Part shown: positions 8,751-14,832 of the stretch, piece by piece
Layout: the number at the start of each line of letters is the position of its first letter
Position numbering within the stretch: position 1 is the stretch's first letter
Source of the DNA: Limnohabitans phage DC31
Length of the DNA stretch: 32,000 nucleotides
Sequence record: PQ492658.1
Reading direction: 5' to 3' (one strand)
The notes under the pieces: model-generated
The model's database searches: none
What the model saw: the letters and a program-made list of their open reading frames with translations, nothing else
Told to the model about the DNA's origin: nothing
Position numbers and translations under genes: made by a program

Positions 8751-8923
8751 ACTATAAATACGAGTATAATAAAGAATACCAGACGTTGCAGCAATTTGAT
8801 GCCAACGGTGTGCTACGATCTAGCATGTCAATGCCACAACGTGATCTAAATGAATTGGCTAGATTGAACATCAAAGAAAATATTTTGCGAAATGTTGACA
8901 CAAAGTTGAAAACTGATGTATAA
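8747..8923 (+). CDS. hypothetical protein (58 aa)
   Basis: ATG at 8747 overlaps the preceding TGA (ATGA). The track start at 8741 is TTG. Confidence 0.5.
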   Translation: MNYKYEYNKEYQTLQQFDANGVLRSSMSMPQRDLNELARLNIKENILRNVDTKLKTDV

Positions 8924-8945
8924 TTAAGGTTAAGCGAGTGTAGAC

Positions 8946-8974
8946 TTGATTATTCTAAACTTATGTGTTATAAT
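8946..8974 (+). promoter_or_regulatory. sigma70-type promoter with extended -10 (drives HNH and the tRNA-like gene)
   Basis: TTGATT (8946-8951), 17-nt spacer, TGtTATAAT (8966-8974). Confidence 0.7.
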
Positions 8975-8992
8975 ATCTTTTTAGGAGAAATT

Positions 8993-9277
8993 ATGGCACA
9001 TAAAAACAAAGAAGACTTATATCGTTATCAAATCAATCGTTGGCGAGAAATTAAGAAAAAAGCAGTCGAAGTAATGGGTGGTAAATGTTGCAGATGTGGG
9101 TTTGATTCACATCCTGCTGCACTACAGTTTCATCACCTTGATCCTCAAGCAAAAGATGTTTCTTGGAATAAATTAAGATTGAGAGGTTGGGATAAAATTT
9201 TACTTGAATTGAAAAAATGTATAATGCTGTGTGCAAATTGTCATGCAATAGAACATACAGCATCAAAGTATGATTAA
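8993..9277 (+). CDS. HNH endonuclease (free-standing, homing-type)
   Basis: CCRCG..LQFHHLDP..N..LCANCHAIEH, a zinc-knuckle plus H-N-H pattern. AGGAG RBS before the ATG at 8993. Confidence 0.85.
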   Translation: MAHKNKEDLYRYQINRWREIKKKAVEVMGGKCCRCGFDSHPAALQFHHLDPQAKDVSWNKLRLRGWDKILLELKKCIMLCANCHAIEHTASKYD

Positions 9278-9278
9278 T

Positions 9279-9357
9279 GCGAGTGTACCGGAACGCTCTT
9301 CTAAAGCGTAGTACCGTAATGGAGTCAATGGGGGTTCGAATCCCTCCACTCGCACCA
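9279..9357 (+). tRNA. atypical tRNA-like gene: Arg(UCU)-type anticodon arm, no D arm, 20-nt variable region, encoded CCA
   Basis: Acceptor GCGAGTG/CACTCGC (7 bp perfect), discriminator A, CCA. T arm GGGGG-TTCGAAT-CCCTC. Anticodon arm ACGCT-CTTCTAA-AGCGT. Only 7 nt lie between the acceptor and the anticodon stem. Confidence 0.55.
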
Positions 9358-9539
9358 GAATTTAGTCCCGATCCTCTGCAGAGTTTCAAATCCCTAGAAA
9401 CAATGCACGATGCGAGGTAGGTGTAAACCCTATCATTAAAAATAGATGTACTGATGGTGTGGTACACTATGGATTTCTAGACCTGCGGAGCGTCATCCAA
9501 GATACAAAAGACACTATAATACTGGTTTAGGGACCAGAG

Positions 9540-9658
9540 GTTATAGTTCAGTATATTTCAGGTTGGGTAAGCGTCCGGGGTTTACTATTTGGGTTTTATG
9601 ACGCATGTGAGCTAAAGCATGACGAGGAACTAAGATACGGAATATACTGAACTATAAC
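9540..9658. repeat. 18-bp perfect inverted repeat enclosing 83 nt
   Basis: GTTATAGTTCAGTATATT (9540-9557) is the exact reverse complement of AATATACTGAACTATAAC (9641-9658). The right arm ends 1 nt before the AAGGAG RBS of the 9670 ORF. Confidence 0.9.
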
Positions 9659-9669
9659 TAAGGAGTAAT

Positions 9670-10482
9670 ATGAAAAACCTACTGATTGGTTCTCGTGCAT
9701 TGGAATACTGGAGTGATAGCTTCAAGTGCAAACCTACTGCTGATTGGGACATTATTAGTTTGCATGGAATTGAAGATACAACCAAACGCATTGAAGTGCA
9801 TGATTTCAATACGGTAGGTAACTATGATATGGAAAGATATGCTTCTGAGCAGTTTATTGAAATCGCAGGTCAGCGTGTGTATGTCGTTAATCCAATTGGG
9901 TTGGCGATTATCAAACGCAGTCATCTGTGGCGTGATCTTAGCTTTCAAAAGCACATTACGCATTATCATAAGCATCTTGCAGTGTATCGTTCTGCATTTA
10001 CAGCATTTGATGAACATGTGCTGCAAAACCGCACAGCTTACACAATGAAACAGTATCCACAAGGTCATCCAAGTTTGAAGAAAACTGTAGATGAATTCTT
10101 TGATGACTACGTTGAGAAGAAATACAATCATGATTATTTGCATGAACTTGTTGCGTATCACGATAAACCGTTGTATACTCGACTTCAACGTGATGCAAGT
10201 AGCGCATGGTGTGACAAAGATTTGTGGAACAAGCTGTCAAATGATGATAAAATCAAATGCGTAGCTGAGGAAGCGCAGGTCATTGCAATCGAGCGTTTTC
10301 TTGTGCCAAGTAACTGGAACTATACACCACGACATGCGTACCTCAAAGCACTTGATAAAGTATGCACTACATTGTGCAGTGGTTGGTTTAGAGATTTTGC
10401 GATAGATAATTATCCTGAAATCTTTAATTTATGTGATACAATGAAGTTTGATAATATTAGAAAGGAACTAGAACATGTTTAA
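9670..10482 (+). CDS. hypothetical protein, possible Pol-beta-fold nucleotidyltransferase
   Basis: AAGGAG RBS. N-terminal LIGSRALEYW..(x16)..DWDII resembles the hG[GS]..DxD minimal NTase signature. The rest of the protein is unrecognised. Confidence 0.7.
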   Translation: MKNLLIGSRALEYWSDSFKCKPTADWDIISLHGIEDTTKRIEVHDFNTVGNYDMERYASEQFIEIAGQRVYVVNPIGLAIIKRSHLWRDLSFQKHITHYHKHLAVYRSAFTAFDEHVLQNRTAYTMKQYPQGHPSLKKTVDEFFDDYVEKKYNHDYLHELVAYHDKPLYTRLQRDASSAWCDKDLWNKLSNDDKIKCVAEEAQVIAIERFLVPSNWNYTPRHAYLKALDKVCTTLCSGWFRDFAIDNYPEIFNLCDTMKFDNIRKELEHV

Positions 10483-10822
10483 AGATAAGATTGTAGCTCT
10501 GCTTGCAGAAGCTGATCGTGATGTGATCAGTGAATTATTCAATGGTGAGTTTACACCTAAAGAATACTCTTGGGAAAGTACAGAAATTACACAGTTTCGT
10601 AAAGTAGTAAAAGATCAAGGCTTTACATTTGATCTTGTAGATCGCTACGGTGGTGAAGATCAAGGCTCTGATTACTGGTCTGTATATTCGTTCAGTGACG
10701 GTATGCAAGTTGTATTCATTCAGTTTCAAGGTTGGTATGCTTCCTACGAAGGTTCTACCTATGAAGAGTTCTATGAGGTACAACCTGTAGAGAAAACTAT
10801 TACTGTATTTGAAAAGAAATAA
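10475..10822 (+). CDS. hypothetical acidic protein (115 aa)
   Basis: ATG ORF overlapping the previous gene by 8 nt. Its stop codon directly abuts the tRNA at 10823. Confidence 0.65.
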   Translation: MFKDKIVALLAEADRDVISELFNGEFTPKEYSWESTEITQFRKVVKDQGFTFDLVDRYGGEDQGSDYWSVYSFSDGMQVVFIQFQGWYASYEGSTYEEFYEVQPVEKTITVFEKK

Positions 10823-10897
10823 GGGTCAGTAGCTTAAAGGTGAAGCCCTCGACTCATAATCGAGATAGTACTGGTTCAAGTCCAGTCTGACCCACCA
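10823..10897 (+). tRNA. tRNA with CAU anticodon (elongator Met or lysidine-dependent Ile2 type), CCA encoded
   Basis: Full cloverleaf read by hand: acceptor GGGTCAG/CTGACCC, D arm GCTT-AAAGGTG-AAGC, anticodon arm CTCGA-CTCATAA-TCGAG, variable ATAGT, T arm ACTGG-TTCAAGT-CCAGT, then A-CCA. A G1-C72 pair argues against an initiator. Confidence 0.9.
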
Positions 10898-10902
10898 AAC
10901 AT

Positions 10903-10997
10903 AGATAGTAAATGGTGAGCATTTGGTTCGATTCCAATTAAGTATGGTACTGAATAGTGATAACAGCTCGGAGGTTCGATTCCTTCACTATCTACCA
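10903..10997 (+). ncRNA. 95-nt tRNA-like RNA or aberrant tRNA with duplicated T-loop
   Basis: Acceptor AGATAGT/ACTATCT (7 bp perfect), A, CCA. T arm GGAGG-TTCGATT-CCTTC. The interior holds a second GGTTCGATTCC hairpin and no canonical anticodon arm. Confidence 0.5.
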
Positions 10998-11016
10998 AAA
11001 TAAAGTCAATTAACTA

Positions 11017-11045
11017 TTGACACAGCATTTGCAATTTGCTATAAT
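11017..11045 (+). promoter_or_regulatory. consensus sigma70 promoter upstream of the SSB operon
   Basis: TTGACA (11017-11022), 17-nt spacer, TGcTATAAT (11037-11045). Confidence 0.8.
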
Positions 11046-11108
11046 TGCACTTCGGTTACTACTTCCGTTACAAGTAGAGTCTTTTATTAATAGTCGAAAG
11101 GAAATATT

Positions 11109-11756
11109 ATGCAAAAACTAACAGGTATGCTTCTCTATGTACAACTCCACAAGCCAGTCAAAGGTTATGTCAAAGCAGGTGATGCACCAAAACCAGACGA
11201 ATGGAAAGCTTCAGTAGCAATTACTGATGAAGATGTACTAGATGAATACGAAGCATTTGCCAAAGAAATTGATGCTAAAACTTCAATCAAGAAAGTCAAG
11301 ACCACTGAATTTGAAGGTATCTACAAAGTAGCACCTCCAGAAGATGCAGGTAAAAACATTTGGGTGGTAACTCTACGCAAATCTACAGAGCTAGGTAAAA
11401 CTGGTAAACCTGTACCTGATTTGTACAAACCAAAAGTCTTTGAAAAAGTCGGTAAAGCATTGGTTGATGTTACCAACAGCAAGTTACCTGCAAACGGTTC
11501 TTATGGTTCAATCAGTATTGACAAGTTTGAACGCACCAATGGTACTACATCGCTGTATCTGAAGAATGTACTGGTCACTTCAATGATCGAATATATTCCA
11601 GAAGAAAGCGCAGCGTATGAAGCTGGTAGCGAGTTTGATGATGAGCCAAAGGATGAAGCTCCAAAAGCTAAACCTGCAGCTAAAGTAGAAGCTAAACCTA
11701 AAGCTCGTGCAAAGGTTGAAACTGCTGCTGAAGATGATGATGAGATTCCATTCTGA
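11109..11756 (+). CDS. single-stranded DNA-binding protein (T7 gp2.5-like, DUF2815-type)
   Basis: Acidic C-terminal tail ...AAEDDDEIPF preceded by a Lys/Ala/Pro-rich linker. N-terminus MQKLTGMLLYVQLHKP is typical of gp2.5-like SSBs. Located within the replication module. Confidence 0.7.
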   Translation: MQKLTGMLLYVQLHKPVKGYVKAGDAPKPDEWKASVAITDEDVLDEYEAFAKEIDAKTSIKKVKTTEFEGIYKVAPPEDAGKNIWVVTLRKSTELGKTGKPVPDLYKPKVFEKVGKALVDVTNSKLPANGSYGSISIDKFERTNGTTSLYLKNVLVTSMIEYIPEESAAYEAGSEFDDEPKDEAPKAKPAAKVEAKPKARAKVETAAEDDDEIPF

Positions 11757-11758
11757 TC

Positions 11759-11938
11759 ATGAAGTTAAAAACTAGGAATTCTGATTTATCTATTGAAAGA
11801 ATTTCTAATGGTTTTATCCTTACCTTAACTGGTAGGGATAACCAAGGAAATTACCTTACAGATAAATATTTCGTTCTAGACTTAACAGAAGTAAATTCTG
11901 TTGTTTCAGATTATTTTAACTTACCAGAGGATAACTAA
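11759..11938 (+). CDS. small hypothetical protein (59 aa, below cutoff)
   Basis: Hand translation: MKLKTRNSDLSIERISNGFILTLTGRDNQGNYLTDKYFVLDLTEVNSVVSDYFNLPEDN. TAATG overlap with the next ORF. No clear SD. Confidence 0.4.
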   Translation: MKLKTRNSDLSIERISNGFILTLTGRDNQGNYLTDKYFVLDLTEVNSVVSDYFNLPEDN

Positions 11939-12147
11939 TGACAAAACAAACTAGGGATATCATGACAATCGTAGCGTTACTTACATTTGCAGTACTGCTA
12001 ATTATCTTTGGACCTCTTGCTATTATTTGGTCACTAAACACATTGTTTCCAGTACTAGCAATCCCATTCGGTTTCTATCAGTGGGCAGCAGTAGTTCTAT
12101 TGAACTTGACAATTTTCAGCAAAGCAGTTTTTACTAAGAAGGATTAA
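11938..12147 (+). CDS. small membrane protein (2 TM)
   Basis: Hydrophobic segments IMTIVALLTFAVLLIIFGPLAIIW and FYQWAAVVLLNLTIF. Confidence 0.6.
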   Translation: MTKQTRDIMTIVALLTFAVLLIIFGPLAIIWSLNTLFPVLAIPFGFYQWAAVVLLNLTIFSKAVFTKKD

Positions 12148-12148
12148 T

Positions 12149-12367
12149 ATGAATCAGAAAGATGCAATCGCCAAACTAGTTCGTATTTATACTCAGGAGC
12201 AATCACTTGCTGAAGAGGCTAAAGAAATCAAGGATGAAGCTAAAGAATCAGGTCTTGATCCAGCAATCGTTAGTGCAGTAGCAAAAGCAATTGTTAAAAA
12301 TAAGGTTGATGAACTGAAAGCTAAGTCAGATGAAATTCTGAAAGCTATCGACATTAGCCGAAGCTAA
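12149..12367 (+). CDS. GapR-like (DUF2312) DNA-binding protein
   Basis: EEAKEIKDEAKESGLDPAIVSAVAKAIVKNKVDELKAKSDEIL matches the DUF2312/GapR helical pattern (..EEKK.I..D.K.VY.EAK..GFD.K..R...). Confidence 0.5.
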   Translation: MNQKDAIAKLVRIYTQEQSLAEEAKEIKDEAKESGLDPAIVSAVAKAIVKNKVDELKAKSDEILKAIDISRS

Positions 12368-12374
12368 TATTTTA

Positions 12375-12406
12375 CCCCGAGGCTAATACCCTTGGGGTTT
12401 TTCTTT
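12375..12406 (+). terminator. rho-independent terminator
   Basis: Stem CCCCGAGG / CCTTGGGG (12375-12382 / 12390-12397; 8 bp including one G-U), loop CTAATAC, then TTTTTCTTT. Confidence 0.75.
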
Positions 12407-12416
12407 AAGGAGAGTT

Positions 12417-12770
12417 ATGAAAGTTATTATTGCTGGCGGTAGAAATATCACAGACTACAATATTGTAAAAACTGCATATCATAAGTCTGGTTTCCAAGCT
12501 ACAGAAATTGTTTCAGGTGCTGCACGAGGTGTAGATTATCTTGGTGAACTCTTTGCCAAAGATAACTGTATTGCAATTCGATCATTTCCTGCAGATTGGA
12601 ACAAATACGGTAAACGTGCTGGACCATTGCGTAACTTACAAATGGCTGAATATGCAGATGCATTGATTGCTGTATGGGATGGTAAAAGTACAGGCACTGC
12701 AAACATGATCATGCAAGCAAGACAACATGGATTAGAAGTGTTTGTATATTTAACAAAGGATAGCCTATGA
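12417..12770 (+). CDS. SLOG-family protein (DUF2493 / YspA-like, DprA/LOG Rossmann fold)
   Basis: MKVIIAGGR.., SGAARGVD, FPADWNKYGKRAGPLRNLQM, WDGKSTGT: characteristic DUF2493 signature. Confidence 0.7.
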   Translation: MKVIIAGGRNITDYNIVKTAYHKSGFQATEIVSGAARGVDYLGELFAKDNCIAIRSFPADWNKYGKRAGPLRNLQMAEYADALIAVWDGKSTGTANMIMQARQHGLEVFVYLTKDSL

Positions 12771-13762
12771 ACAAAAGACTCTTAATCGTAGACGGTGACT
12801 TAGTAGCCTACAAACATGCTGCTGCTGCTGAAACTCGCACGATTATTGCAAAGCATTTAAAGTCAGGTAGAGAAAAAGAATTTGGTACAAGAACTGAGTT
12901 CAAGAAGTTTCTAGCAGACAAAGAGATTGAGTTTAAACCTGACGCTTATGAAATTACAGATCATCAACATCCCATAGACATTTCATTTGCAATCAGTACT
13001 GTAAATAAAAGCATAGATGCCTTACTTGAAAATACTTGGTGTGATGAACTTGAGATTTATATTGGGGGTGGTCAAACATTCAGACATAAGTTACCTTTAC
13101 CTTCACCGTATAAAGATAACAGAGATCAGTTAATTAAACCTGTGCATTTGACTGCAGTTAGAAATCATCTAAAACGCAAGTACAAAGCAAAGGTTGTTGA
13201 GAACGGTATGGAAGTGGATGATGTGGTTACTATACGTGCCTACGAATGCCTCCAAAACGGTCAGGAAGCAGTGTTAGCAAGCGTAGACAAGGATAGCTAC
13301 CAATGTCAAGGAATTCACCTGTTTAACTGGACTGATGAGGAACCTAAGATTCATCTTATTCCAACGATTGGACATTTGCGTAAAGTAAAGAAAACTACCA
13401 CAACTACAATCAAAGGTGATGGTTTAATCTTTTTAGCACTGCAAGTACTGTCTGGTGATTTAGCAGATACGTACAAACCTTATGAGTTATCCAAAGTGAG
13501 TTATGGTCCAGTTAAAGCAATGAAAGCTTTAGAGGGTTGTACAACTGAACAGGAGATTTTACGAAAAGTAATTTCTGAGTTTAAGCGTTTGTATCCTGAA
13601 CCTTTTGAATATACAGATTGTCATGGTGTTTGGCACAGTGACGCTGATTGGTTTGACATGCTACAGATGTACTGGAGTTGTGCATACATGAAACGCAGTT
13701 GGGATGATGTAAGTAGCTTTATGCAATTTGCAATGGAAAGAGGGGTGAATCCTTATGAGTGA
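12767..13762 (+). CDS. 5'-3' exonuclease / flap endonuclease (T7 gp6-like, PIN-like 5' nuclease)
   Basis: LLIVDGDLVAYKHAAAAE at the N-terminus, VDDVV, and SVDKDSYQC (the DKD..Q motif of 5' nucleases). Confidence 0.7.
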   Translation: MNKRLLIVDGDLVAYKHAAAAETRTIIAKHLKSGREKEFGTRTEFKKFLADKEIEFKPDAYEITDHQHPIDISFAISTVNKSIDALLENTWCDELEIYIGGGQTFRHKLPLPSPYKDNRDQLIKPVHLTAVRNHLKRKYKAKVVENGMEVDDVVTIRAYECLQNGQEAVLASVDKDSYQCQGIHLFNWTDEEPKIHLIPTIGHLRKVKKTTTTTIKGDGLIFLALQVLSGDLADTYKPYELSKVSYGPVKAMKALEGCTTEQEILRKVISEFKRLYPEPFEYTDCHGVWHSDADWFDMLQMYWSCAYMKRSWDDVSSFMQFAMERGVNPYE

Positions 13763-13970
13763 AGAAATGCTAGTTTATCGTTTAAGAAAACGTGCAGAGA
13801 TTCGCAGGAATATTCAAACTCGTAAATCAGTACAGGAAGGTAAACCTGATCGTATTGCAGATTTACTTGATGAAGCTGCTGATGAAATCTACAAGTTAGA
13901 ATCCGTGATTGGTGAAATGGATGATATTATTGATCGACTAGAACGAAGGTTAAATAATGACAACTGTTGA
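13755..13970 (+). CDS. hypothetical charged or coiled-coil protein (71 aa)
   Basis: ATG ORF overlapping its neighbours on the same strand. Confidence 0.55.
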   Translation: MSEEMLVYRLRKRAEIRRNIQTRKSVQEGKPDRIADLLDEAADEIYKLESVIGEMDDIIDRLERRLNNDNC

Positions 13971-14472
13971 TCTATACAACACAGCAGATGTAAAGAAAGT
14001 ACGTGAACTGCTAACTAAAGAGCAAGATAACAAATGCGCTGTAACTGGTTTAGAAATTCCAGCTAAACAACACGTACTTGATCACGCTCATGATGAAACG
14101 CAGTTTGTTCGTGGTGTACTACATCGTCAGGTTAATGCTTTCGCTGGTAAAGCTGAGAATGCTTACACAAGACTGATCGCTTGGTGGTATCCCAATGATC
14201 TACCTACACTACTTAGAGAGTGCGCTGACTATCTTGAGAAGGAACCTGATGGTAGATACCGTCACAATGGTTGGATCAAAAAGATTAACACCGAATTTAA
14301 CAAACTAAAAGAAGCACACAAAGATGTTGTACTTGTAGCGTTAGGTCAAACTAAAGGTAAGAACGGTGTAGAGCGCAAGAAACTATTTCAAAAAGCAGTG
14401 TTGACACGAGAGTATACTTATGATACAATTCGTGCTTTAATACTTGAGTTAAAGGAAAGAGATGAAAATTAA
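13957..14472 (+). CDS. endonuclease VII-family (H-N-H beta-beta-alpha-Me) recombination or junction nuclease
   Basis: CAVTGLEI..HVLDHAHDETQFVRGVLHRQVNAFAGK matches the Endonuclease_7 pattern (C..C...DHDH.TG.VRG.L...CN..LG). Confidence 0.6.
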   Translation: MTTVDLYNTADVKKVRELLTKEQDNKCAVTGLEIPAKQHVLDHAHDETQFVRGVLHRQVNAFAGKAENAYTRLIAWWYPNDLPTLLRECADYLEKEPDGRYRHNGWIKKINTEFNKLKEAHKDVVLVALGQTKGKNGVERKKLFQKAVLTREYTYDTIRALILELKERDEN

Positions 14473-14644
14473 AGTGATCAAATGCAGTGAAGCACTTCTT
14501 TGGTACAATAAACGTATTGGTGAAGAGTTTGAAGTAACTTTTATCGAAGACAAAGCTTACTGGACAAGAGAAGGTGGTCAATTCAATGCTTTAAATTGGA
14601 TTTACAAACATGATGCAACTGTAACGGAAGGAAATGTAGAATGA
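14462..14644 (+). CDS. hypothetical protein (60 aa)
   Basis: ATG ORF, coupled to the next ORF by an ATGA overlap at 14641. Confidence 0.5.
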   Translation: MKIKVIKCSEALLWYNKRIGEEFEVTFIEDKAYWTREGGQFNALNWIYKHDATVTEGNVE

Positions 14645-14832
14645 TACGAGTTGAGCATACTATTAAAATACTATTATCCGAAGACAATGAAGTTGTATTA
14701 ACAAAGGCTCAAGCTGAAGAATTGTATGTAGCATTAACAAATGCTTTGAATAAAACTTCAAGTTTGCATTATCAACCAAACCATCGTGGTATATTCGCAG
14801 GTGGACCAATCGTAGCACAAGGAGCAACATGA
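14641..14832 (+). CDS. hypothetical protein (63 aa)
   Basis: ATGA overlaps at both ends. Confidence 0.5.
   Translation: MIRVEHTIKILLSEDNEVVLTKAQAEELYVALTNALNKTSSLHYQPNHRGIFAGGPIVAQGAT

Noticed and set aside
9051-9467. 138-aa minus-strand ORF spanning the HNH 3' end, the tRNA-like gene and the non-coding stretch
   Set aside because: It lies antisense to a well-supported HNH CDS and a tRNA-like gene, has no RBS, and all surrounding genes are on the + strand. It is most likely a chance ORF in AT-rich sequence.
9515-9520. TATAAT hexamer at 9515-9520 as a promoter for the structured region
   Set aside because: No acceptable -35 lies at 16-18 nt (GTCATC/CGTCAT) and there is no TG extension. It is much weaker than the five promoters reported.
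8993-9669. Group I intron, a HEARO/omega-RNA-type HNH-associated RNA, or a retron msr/msd upstream of an RT
   Set aside because: The flanking genes are not split. The HNH protein is only 94 aa, with no RuvC or IscB-like domains. The downstream ORF lacks any YxDD reverse-transcriptase motif. I could not recognise conserved intron cores (P3-P7) by eye. A covariance-model scan would still be needed to exclude these options formally.
9679-10783. ORFs 9679..10188(-), 9824..10048(+), 9998..10240(-) and 10535..10783(-)
   Set aside because: They overlap the 9670 and 10475 CDSs on the other strand or in another frame. Their composition (Cys/His/Ile-rich) is typical of non-coding frames.
9279-10997. 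The tRNA-like fragments as an attP site of a temperate phage (partial host tRNA copies)
   Set aside because: No integrase, excisionase or repressor is present in the window, and the gene content looks virulent. Both elements have complete, self-complementary acceptor stems plus CCA, which fits expressed RNAs better than 3' tRNA fragments.
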